The position numbers were made by a program, and so were the translations under genes. The notes under the pieces were generated by a model. The model saw only the letters and a program-made list of their open reading frames with translations. It was not told where the DNA came from and did no database searches. From the NCBI RefSeq assembly GCF_009914755.1, contig NC_060946.1: a stretch of DNA of 64,000 bases; one strand, 5' to 3'. Below, in pieces: positions 38,560-64,000 of this stretch; position 1 is the first letter of the stretch, and every line of letters starts with the position of its first letter. The DNA is from the human T2T-CHM13v2.0 reference genome, Homo sapiens.

Positions 38560-39060
38560 CACACTGTGTGACCACCCTCAGGTGCCGTGATTTTCCAGAG
38601 GGACTCACAGATGTCAGGAAAGCTGTTATCTTCACTGTTGTGGTCTGTTACAGAGACAGGGCACAGATTTAAGTCAGCAAAGGTAAAAGGCACACAAGGC
38701 TGAGTCCAGGAGGACCAAGTGCAAGTTCCCAGCTGCCCTCTCCGGGCGGATTCATACAGGCAGTGCTCCATTCTCCCAGCAGGAATGTGTGGGGGAGGAG
38801 GGAGCATGGCTGGCCGCGGAAGCTCACCGAGCCTTGGTGCCCAGGGTTTTTGTTGCGGGTCAGTCATGTAGGCACGGAGCATCCACCCGGCTGACCTCAG
38901 CCACTCGGTCTCCAGCCCCTCCTGAGATGAGACAAATAAAACCCACCCAAGGCCCCCGCCCTCAATCACATTGTTGGCACAAACTCTGTGGTGTTGGCCC
39001 AAGGTTCCCGGTGGGCAAAGACATTACCAGGCCGACTCTCCCAGGAGCTGAGAGGTTTCC
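38560..39060 (-). mobile_element. MER21-like LTR fragment
   Basis: ggactcacaga..tcaggaaagctgttat...tcagcaaaggtaaaaggcacaca.ggctgagtccagga pattern. Confidence 0.6.
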
Positions 39061-40078
39061 ACCCAGGAGCAGGTCACCCATGGCCAGCCTTCTCTTTGGA
39101 ACGTGTGGGGCTTGGACACCCCCAGCCTGCTGAGTTAAGCCTTGATTGCATAGCAACCCAAATAAGCGGCCTAAAGAAAGGCAGCCACAGCCCGGAAATG
39201 TGGCGACTTCAGTCAGCTTCTTCCATATTTAGACTTGTTCCTGCTAAAGGATTTCTGCCTCAGTATTGGGAAGCAAGAGCTCAAGGGGCTCGTGAGGCCT
39301 GGGAGGCTCTGCCTGGGTCGCATGGGCATCTTGTATTTTCTTCCGTTTTGGCTGTATGCATCAGGCACAAACTGTGTGCACAGAGCCACATGACGGGGGT
39401 GGGGTGGGGAAGAGACTGACAGATGTCGTTCTTGCACGGTGGCTCTGGCCCTCCCTGGGTGAGTTCTGCAGGCGAGGGAGGGGCTCAGAGCAGGAGGGCG
39501 CAGGTGTGCACCAGACGGGTCAGGATAGCCAGGTGAGGTGGCTGCCTCTGTGAGAGGGCGGGAGGACTCCTGGAGGGCCTCCCTAGGATGAAGCCTCTGG
39601 GGACAGGGAGGCGCATCCCTGGAGGGGTCGTCATTCTTCCCCAGAGGTTTGCATCTCACAGGCCTTTGCCATCTCCCCCCTCGGCTCCTTCCACTTGTTG
39701 AAGCCCACTCATGTGGCTCTGAGGCTGCTGCTGACACAGGTCTCTTCTCGTGCCCCACAGACACCGTGTGAGTGGGTGTGACGCTCCGTGTACAGGGAGC
39801 ACTCAGACAGAGCTGGAATGCCAGCTGGGACCTCGGAATCCACACTGTCTCCTTCCCATTTCCCCATCCATCCCTGGGAAGCATCTCGGCCCCCCAGGAG
39901 CATGGACAGCTCAGGCTCTCAGGCACCTGCCTGTCTTCCCACCAGCCGTCTCCCGCCCCAAGGGCTACACTGCCCCGTCCCACCCTTGTCCCTGTGTCCC
40001 TTTGTCTCTTAATGTGACTGGTACTCAGAGGAATGTTGGCAAGCACTGGTCCTTGGGCACATCGAGAGCTACTCTGCA

Positions 40079-40734
<656 letters not shown>

Positions 40735-41068
40735 TCTTTTCTTATCAGCTCCCAAAGCTGTCATTCCAGGGACTGAATCGTGTGGTCCTGAGGCACACTG
40801 GGAGAATTCCCAGAGCAGCAGACTTGAGTCAGCTCCTGCTTAATAGAAGGAGAGATTTTTGGGGCCAAAGAGCTCCTTTCATGTCACTAGAATTTCCTGC
40901 CAGTTTTTCTCACCTACTGGCCTATGCCGCACACATTCCCCTATTGGAAGGTGAGGTTTTGTTTGTGTTTAACCAGGCCCAGCACCCTTGTGCCCTATGT
41001 GACATGTGACATATTTGACATAGCAAAAAAGCTAGTCCTGTCATTTACCTTAGAAAAGTCCTTAGAGG

Positions 41069-43238
<2,170 letters not shown>

Positions 43239-44696
43239 TCTTTTAAAACTACCCTTTTGTATTAATTTGATTCCAATATCTTACGCACCTTATGTGCCAG
43301 CACCGCAAAACAGTACTGTGAAGTCAGCCACATTTTCCCCATTCCAAAGAAGAGGAGGTTGGTGCTCAGAGAGGTTACGCCCAAGTCGCACCATGAGAGG
43401 GGGCGTGGGCTGGGATCCAACCTGAGCCTGTGTGGTTCTACCCCTCATTCTGCCTCATGCCTGGACATAAGCAGCTGCCAGGAGAGGACCATAGGAATTG
43501 GGCTGGGGCTCTGGAGCCCAGATTGGGCTCCGCAGCCCATTGCCTGTGAGATCTTGGGCAGCCACATAACCTCTCTGTTTCCCAAGTCCTCATTTGTAAA
43601 TGAAGGAAGTAGAGGAACTCTGAGGCCCTGGGTCTCGCCAGACCTCCTGACTCAGATCCCCGCAGGTGGTGCCTGTGGCTGCAGGTCTAACAAAACCCCA
43701 GCAACTCTGCCGCACGCCGTGTTGGGAGGCCCTGGCTGAGCTGGCCTGTGGGCCCTTTCCCGAGAGGAGAGGCAAGTGGCAGGGCCCTGGCTGCACCTGT
43801 CCCAGAGTCCGTGTTTGGCAGAGCCTGGCCTGCAGGACAGGTCAGGGAGGTTGCAGAGAGGAAGGTGAGGGGCTGGGCATGGGAGGCCTCCCTGCAGCTC
43901 TGAAGCGGGCACCTCTGTCCCTGAGAATGGTTCCTGCAGAGGGGCAAGACTCCCTTTGCCCTTAGTGGGTTCCTCCCGCCCATCACACAGGACGTTGACA
44001 GTACTTCACAGCCCCGGGGACACCCTCCGGCATCCTTCCAGCAGAGACCAGACTGTCCCCGAGTCCTGTGGCGTCTAAATGGGCAGGCGGTGAGGACACT
44101 CCTGCAGGGGTCCCACCAGCCCCTTCCCTCCGGGGGCTGGGGTGCAGGCACTAAGGCAGGCCCCGCTTTCCTCCCTCCCCTTGTCCTTGGGGTGAGGGGC
44201 ACACTGCACTTTGGTGGCTATTCTGCAGCCCCAGCCTTCAGCCCGGGTTCCCTGGCCTACCTGGCAGTGTCCTTGAATACAGAAACCTGGCAATCCCCGC
44301 CCTCCTCCCTCAGCCCCCGGGTCCGATTCTTTCTCGTCCACTAGGGGGAGCCAGTGCACACAGCTCGGCCTCCCTCGGGGCTCCTTTAGGAACCACCTGG
44401 CGCTGGTGCTGGCGCTGGACTGAGCTGTGGGCTGAGCTTTGGGCTGAGCACTGGGCGGCCGCTGTCCCTTTGGATTCTCCTACCTGTCATGATCTCCGTA
44501 TTTTTTGTTTTTGCCACGGTAACTTGAATTATTTTGATTTCACAAAATAAACGACATTGAAAATACATGAATACTTATTTCAAGACTTTCAAATTGTCAT
44601 AAAATAACATAAAATATCTTCGGTTTGGCTGAATACATAACTTTCCTTTTCCAGTAACAACATAATTCTTTACCCACATTAATAGTTGTATATCTT

Positions 44697-45058
<362 letters not shown>

Positions 45059-45919
45059 TTATGGCAAAAACCAAACCTAGACTATCATAAAGAAGGCGGG
45101 GATTACAGGCTTCTTATAAAGGCGTGCTCGCATCCATCTGTCAATGATCCCCACTTTGCAATTCATGCTGAGCCTTGTTACTAATAGCAGTCGTCACAGC
45201 GAGCATGTCCACCAGACGTCAGGCAGTGGACTAGACCTGCAAATAGCCTTGCATTGTCTTCCGCCCTCACTTAGGAGGGAGAACCCCCACTTTCAGACCC
45301 AGGCCCTGAGAGGGAGTGAATTGCCCTGGGGCACAAGAGGAGGGAGAAGACGGAGTTGCTGCACCTGGTCAGGGCATGTCTGGCCTTGTGGCTGCGCTGC
45401 TCCCTGGGGTCCGAGAGACTGTCCTGGAGACAAACCTGGAGAGCCTCGTTGGTTCCTCTCCTTAGAAGAGGTGGCCAAATGTGAAGCCACCACTGACCCC
45501 AAAACCGCGAGCAACTGAGGCTGCCCTGGGGCAGGCTTCAACCTCAGAGCTGCTCTCTCTGTGCCAGTGGCTTAGTGCCCCCTGTCTAGCCTGCATCCCC
45601 CAAAAGCGCTTCTTGGCACTTCCGCGCTATCTCCTATATGCAAATTCAGGGCAGATGTAAATTGGAGGCAGATATTTATTTTTATGCAGATGAGCCACTC
45701 CAGCGTGTTTGGTGCATTGGAGATCTCGTGAAAGCAAAATATCTCCCGGCGTGCGCTGCTTGTGTTATGTTCGGGTTTTAAGTCGTGTCAGCGTTTACAT
45801 TTTCTTAATATGAAAAATGCCTGCATTGTTCTGCCGCCAACTCCCCCTCCCTCCCTGCAACCCTCGGCCTCTCTGCTGGCGCCTAATCGTTTTTTATTCT
45901 CTTGCTTCTGCTTTCTTAG

Positions 45920-46018
45920 TCACAAGTTTGGGAAGAAAGTCATCTATTTCAACTACCTGAGTGAGCTCCACGAACACCTTAAATACGACCAGCTGGTCAT
46001 CCCTCCCGAAGTTTTGCG
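45920..46018 (+). CDS. ARHGAP8: ARHGAP8 exon (99 nt), end of BCH domain: [33 protein letters not shown]
   Basis: Acceptor ctttcttag|, donor CG|gtaagt; in frame with neighbours. Confidence 0.96.
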
Positions 46019-48146
46019 GTAAGTGCCTGTTAGACCCCAGAAGCCGCATCAATACATCTTCGTGCTTCCAAAGGGCTTGGTTCAGTCCCATGAATGTTTA
46101 AGGCTTGATTTCCAAATGTGTGCTTGGCTAGATTTGGCTCAGAAATCTGCGGCATCGACAAAGATCCGCAGCAAAAGGTGCTAACTGCTGACTCAGAGAA
46201 ATGAAATGGCAAAGGTTGTATACAGGACGGGATGTTTTCCTCGCCCACCATTGCAAAACTGATTTAAAAAATAAGCCCTAACATGGCAACGGCCGTTTGT
46301 TGCCTTGGTGTTTACCGTTTTTGCTTTTGAGCAGAAAATTAGGGGAATTTCCCAGGCGTGTGGATAACGCTGTGTACAGAATGAAGTGTTCTCAGGGACG
46401 TCACGGGTGCTCTAGAAAACGACCTGTCTCCTGGATGCTGAAAGCTTAATTGGTGTGTCTGCTACAAGGCTTAAATGTAGGCCCAGATGAATAGAGGCTG
46501 CCCAGAAAGGCGTATGCCACACAGCCAGTACAGGGCGCGGCCAGATCCAGCCTGGGTCTCTGGACCCCCAGCCTGGGTTCCCTCTGCCCCTGTGTCTCCC
46601 TCTCTGAGGCGCTCCTTTGAAGGAGCAGGCCCTTGCCAAAGTACGTGCAGGGAAGGCTGGTAGCCTTGCAGGGGTAATGGAGATAATAACTTCTCTCCGG
46701 ACGCCAAGTCACATGGCAGGTGCTGGGATATAGAGGTGTTTAGGGAGTGTGGTCTCTGCCCTCATGACACTCTCAGACTAGTGAGGGCCACAAATCAGTG
46801 ATGACAGGGGCCAGAGGAGGCACAGAACCCAGCTGGGGAGGGGACTGGTGTGTGGAGGTAATCCAGGAAGACTTCTAGGAGGAGGTAGCTCTTAAAGTGA
46901 GTTTCACAGGGACAGTTGGCTAGATGAAGAGGCCAGGGAAGCACATTTCCAGCAGAGGGAAGCCCTCCTGCAAACATATGGGTGAAATATTGGGAGATCT
47001 GGAGGCAGTGAGAAGTCCCATGTGATCAGGCAGAAGTTGGTGAACGTGAAGCTGGAGGTCACCTTGGGCCGGGAGTCCTTGGTGCCAAGCAGAGGAGAGT
47101 GAACTGGACCTGGAGGCCATGAGAGGATGATGGGAATCCCTGGTCGCCCGTGGGCCCTGGCAAGACCCCACTCCCAGACCTCACTAAAGTGATCCGGGGG
47201 AGTCCATGGAGACGGCTCAGAAGATGTATTTGTAGCAGCTCTGTGGTGGAAGTGATTTGGTCTGGTGACAAAGGGTAACTCACATCCTCCTGTGTGGGAG
47301 AGTGATTTGGGGATGAAATGGACGGCATCTGTGAAACACGCAGCTCCGGCTTCTCAGTGGGTACTGGGTGCAGTCTAGGGCCTCTGGAATGTGCAGGTGG
47401 CTGGCAACACTGAGGGTGCAGGGTCCTGTGAGTCAGAGGGGATGAGGTTTGGGAGAGGGGCTTGGGCTTGGGCATTGGGAGCTCCTGAACTTACTCAGTA
47501 GGCAGCCGGCACCCCTGTTCCATAGCCATGCAGCAGAACCCCAGAGGACACGTCCAATGCTGATGCTTTTAAATGAGCAGCTTCTAGACTGGGGGTGGGG
47601 CTGAGTCTGGATTTTCTCCACCCCCACATACTTCCTCGTGGGTGCTGCGAGCACCAGAGGCTGAGACCCACTGGCACAGCGGCAGGGCAGGGCCTTGGGG
47701 TGCTGAATCCTGGCTGTCATCCCAGCTTGTGACCTGGGGCATGTCACCAGACCTTGACAAGCCTCAGTTTCCCAATCTGTAAAGTAGACAAAATAACCCC
47801 TCTACAGTAGGCCCCTCATGAGGGACCGAGACATCTCTGGGGAGCCACTTGGGGCGCAGAGCGCTGTGATTAACTCACAAAAAACAACCGCACGTGGTAG
47901 CAGCTCACACGTGCTTGGCTGGCCAGGCTCAGTCCAGTGCACCACCTTCTCCGCAGACCTTTCCTGCATTGTCGGGTGCCTAACCCTGCACCATCTTGTG
48001 TCACTGACTGCCTCACTCCCGAGCTGCCAACTAATGGTCATGTGCCCCCCCATCCTGTGGCCGGGTCCCTGCTGTATGCACAGTGCCCGGCACATAGTAG
48101 GGCTTCAATACGTATTTGCCTGTGTTAAGGAAGGACTGTTACCTGA

Positions 48147-48755
<609 letters not shown>

Positions 48756-49031
48756 TAAGCAGGTGAGGCTGCTCTGCTGGCCAGGGGCCTCAGGAGAGAC
48801 TGGACATTTGCTGGAGGTTGGACTACTGCCTCTTATGCGAACAGCCCACAGCAATGGGGGATTGTGACTGTGTGTATGTGAGTGTGTGTGTGAGCTGGCA
48901 GTGTGGCACGTGCGCCCAGAGGGATGAGATGCCCAGGTGTCCTGCAGGTGGGGCATCCAGCCCCACCCAGCGCCTCCGTGGCTGCCAGCTGCCCCTGCCA
49001 GGTGAGATCCCAGCCTCTGTTGTGTCTACAG

Positions 49032-49142
49032 GTACGATGAGAAGCTCCAGAGCCTGCACGAGGGCCGGACGCCGCCTCCCACCAAGACACCACCGCCGCG
49101 GCCCCCGCTGCCCACACAGCAGTTTGGCGTCAGTCTGCAATA
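49032..49142 (+). CDS. ARHGAP8: ARHGAP8 exon (111 nt), proline-rich linker and start of RhoGAP region: [36 protein letters not shown](Y)
   Basis: Acceptor tgtctacag|, donor TA|gtaagt; [10 protein letters not shown]3-ligand motif and FGVSL motif that opens RhoGAP domains; remaining exons lie beyond the window. Confidence 0.95.
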
Positions 49143-49298
49143 GTAAGTGAGCCGGGGATGTGCCTGCTCCTATGCCCTGGAGCCCTGGGAGCTGTGGGGC
49201 GCTTCTGGGTCCAGAAATATTTTCCCCAGACGTTTGTCTCCAGCAGCCAAGCTGAACCCTGCAGGAAAGATAAAGCCTGAGCTCATCACTGAGGCCGT

Positions 49299-49520
49299 GG
49301 CTCGCTGCTCAGTGCCTGGTTGGGGGGGCGCGTGCTCGCTGCTCGGTGCCTGGTTGGGGGGCGCATGCTCGCTGCTCGGTGCCTGGTTGGGGGGCGCGTG
49401 CTCGCTGCTCGGTGCCTGGTTGGGGGGCGCGTGCTTGCTGCTCCGTGCCTCGTTGGGGGGGCGCGTGCTGGGTGCCTGGTCGGGGGGGTGCGTGTCACTG
49501 CTCTGTGCCTGATTGGGGGG
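49299..49520. repeat. Minisatellite, 33-bp unit (gctcgctgctcggtgcctggttggggggcgcgt), ~6.5 copies
   Basis: gtgcct recurs at 49312, 49346, 49379, 49412...; 11-aa periodicity in ORFs. Confidence 0.92.
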
Positions 49521-49865
49521 ACCGGCAGTGGGTAGTGGATGGGGGTCTCTGGGGTTCCCGCCCCAGCTTCCATCACTGCTGCCCCCTGCCCTCCGGGTAC
49601 ACAGACACTTCCCACCACCTTCAAGGAGGGCGTGGTCATGGGATGTGCTTAGGTGTAGGTGTGGGGTGTGTCGTGCTAGGAGGAAGCTTCCAGAGCCAGT
49701 GGGCAGCTGCCTCTCATGGTGATGTATAGGCCTGGGTCCGGTAGAGACGGCACGTGGTCACTCTGCATCCCTGATCCCCGCATCACCATGCACCTTGCTA
49801 ACACCCAGGCTGGACACAGGCATAGAGAAGACAGGCTTGTGCTGGGCTCAGCCGCTGAGATTTAA

Positions 49866-52870
<3,005 letters not shown>

Positions 52871-53400
52871 AAAAAACAAGCATAGCTCACAGACTTCGAA
52901 AGCCGTCTACCTGAGTGAAGTGTGGGAAAATTGTTAGCCATGGCTGTAGGCCTCTCGGCTCCTAGAAGGCTACCAGAGATACCATTAGCCCTGCATTCTG
53001 AGCAGGTGCCTTTCAGAACGTACTGATGCAGGGCTGTTGGCTTTAACTGTCACTTTGCCATAGTCCATCCCTCTCCCAGGGCCAGTTGTAACTGTAAAAG
53101 TCCGGTCCTTAGCTGCTTTTGGGACAATGGGCCACACTGCGCGTGCAGCTTGGAGAGAGAATCCCTGCAGTTGCCTCTTTAAATTAATATTTTATGTGGT
53201 TTCATTGCCAATGATTATAATAAAATGGCAATAAACATTTTAAAGGAAGCACTAGATATGTAATTTGTTTGGACTATGAATGAATGAAAGTCATTAAAAT
53301 TCATAACTGAATCCTATTCACAAATGTTAATTTGCCAAGTTCAAAAGCTTACAGCAGAAAGCTATCACCTTAGAATGAGCTAATGAAGTTAATATATTAA

Positions 53401-58870
<5,470 letters not shown>

Positions 58871-58891
58871 TCTAATTAAGAAGGATTGTGG

Positions 58892-62125
<3,234 letters not shown>

Positions 62126-63759
62126 TCTGAGAGTCTACTTTTAAAGGACAGCACAGAGACAAAGCAGTAGGCAAAGGGGTCTTTCAGGAACTCGTCCTCA
62201 TAACTCCACATTGTCCCGCCTGTTGAGTAGGACTCAGTGGGTCTCCCTCCCCGGGAACAGTAGCCAGCCAGGGCTTTGGAATCAATGGATGCAGGCTCTC
62301 CAGCTGCGTGAACCCGGATAAGTCACTGTAGCTCACTGGGCCCATTTGTTCATCTGTGACATGGACCACCTGTGTGCAGCCTGGGAGGCTGCTCAGCCCC
62401 TGGCATTGGGACAATTTTCGTCAGTGCCATTGGCTTGTAGCTCAGCAAAGCCTGCACCTCCCTTGTTGTTTAATATTTGCAGACCTTGGGGAGAGAGCGC
62501 CAGCATCTCTGCTTTCCAAATGGAGAAACTGAAGCTGGAGAGGATAAGGAAACTGGCCGGTGGTGATCTAGCTCCTACGGGAAGGGAGGGACAGGGTTTG
62601 AAAGGGTCTGTCTGGCTTCCTAAGGAACCAGAGAGGAGGAAAAGAGCCTGTAACTTTGGCACATCCTGGGAGAAAAGGACCTGCCTGCCACATTCCTCCC
62701 TCCCCAGGGACACTGTCTCTGTGGGCCCCAGGACGCCTTCTCCCTCCCAGAGAGGAAACCAAGATGGGAAGGAGGCAGGGGGCCAGGTCCGTATTCCTGC
62801 AACAGCAGGACCTCCTGAAGGTCACGCCAGCCCTCAGGGCACCTCGGGGAGCTGTGGATTGCTGCTCAGTGTCCCCAACGTGAAGCTTCAGCAAAAGCAA
62901 AATTGCCATGAAACCAAACCACCCATCGAGATTGGATATGCAGAAGCCTTATGGCTGTGGACAGAGTTCTAATCACCGTTTAAGTGGATTAGCAGATTCC
63001 TCTGTAAATCTTGGAATAAAACTAAAGCACACTCGATACCATGTGCACCTGATAAATCATCTGACATAGAGACGTTCCCAGGGGGCCGTGGAGCCCAGCA
63101 GGAGGAGCAGAGATGGAAACCCAGGCCGGGCTTGCCTCCCTGTGCCACCTCTCAATTGTGGGACCTTGAGCTGGTCACCTGGCCTCTCCTAGTGTCGTCC
63201 TCTGATCTCTAACTTGGGCTCATGAAACGATGGTGGAAATGAGGCAGACGATACACACGTGGAGGAAAGACTTCACACTCAGCCCGGTGGGTTTCATTCG
63301 GGCCCTTTTCATCATGACCGAGTCTTCCGTTACCTGTTACCACTTCACAGATTCTCCAGGACTTAGTGGTTTCCGACAGCAACCACGTCACACTTCTCCT
63401 GGTGTTTGTGGAATTTGAGCAGAACTCGGCCAGGCGAGTTTGCCCATGGGGCGTTGGCAGAGGGCACGTGGTGGTGTCCAGCTGGTGGCTGGCTAGGATC
63501 ATCCAAGACATGCCTTATGTTCCTGCACCTCTGGCCTCAGTGGGGACTGTTGGCCAGTGCACCTGCCCGCAGTGTCCCCAGCCTGATGTTCCCACGGTAG
63601 CTGTGCTTCTTCCAGGGCAGCTCAGGGTTTCCAGCAAAAAGGTTCCCGAGATCACAGGTGGGAAGAGTCAGGCTCTTTAGGACAGGAGAGAAGGACCTGG
63701 CCCAGAAACTGAACAGTTGCTTCTGTCAAATTCTGTTGATCCACACAGGGTCCTTGGGG

Positions 63760-64000
63760 ACCTGTGGCTGCTGTCACAGTGGCTTAAAGTAACACATATT
63801 TATTTTCTTGCGATTCTGGAGGTCACAAGTCCTGAAATCAGGATCTCGGCAGGGCTGCATTTTTTCTGGAGGTTCTGGGGGGTATCTGTTTCTCTTCTAG
63901 TTTCCAGAGGCGCCTATGCTCCTTGGCTCCCAGCCCTCCCTCCCATCTTTTTCACAGCACACCACTCTGGCCCAGCTTCCCTTGTTACATCCCCTCTCCC
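63760..64000. mobile_element. MLT1 LTR fragment
   Basis: gtggcttaaag.aacacatattta...ttctggaggtcacaagtcctgaaatcagga..tcggcagggctgcatt...ctggagg. Confidence 0.7.

Noticed and set aside
44400-44460. GGGCTGAGC repeats resembling immunoglobulin switch pentamers
   Set aside because: Only about three copies; far too short to be a switch region
49141-49146. TAG TAA immediately after the last exon, suggesting a truncated GAP-less gene or pseudogene
   Set aside because: The stops are created by the phase-2 TA|gtaagt donor and are spliced out; the RhoGAP exons simply lie beyond the window

Overview
Human (primate) genomic DNA, GC-rich and very Alu-dense (about 55 Alu pieces), lying inside the ARHGAP8 (BPGAP1; also the 3' part of the PRR5-ARHGAP8 read-through) gene on the + strand; from recall this is chr22q13. 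Six constitutive GT-AG coding exons (10220/10291-10369, 25662-25749, 31923-32054, 38217-38303, 45920-46018, 49032-49142) splice into one open frame encoding the N-terminus, the BCH (Sec14/CRAL-TRIO-like) domain and the proline-rich SH3-binding linker. An in-frame 93-nt Alu-derived cassette exon with a GC donor lies at 32623-32715. The promoter/first exon and the RhoGAP-domain exons fall outside the window. The introns contain Alu, L1, MIR, MLT1/MER21 LTR and MER2/MER3/MER58 DNA-transposon relics, four GC-rich minisatellites (three hugging exons), a ~120-bp unique-looking direct repeat bracketing exon 3 that carries TCF/LEF motifs, and a poly(A)-only retro-insertion with a target-site duplication. 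I found no convincing new protein-coding system; almost all ORF-track entries are Alu- or tandem-repeat-derived noise. Repeat boundaries and subfamily calls were made by eye and are approximate.
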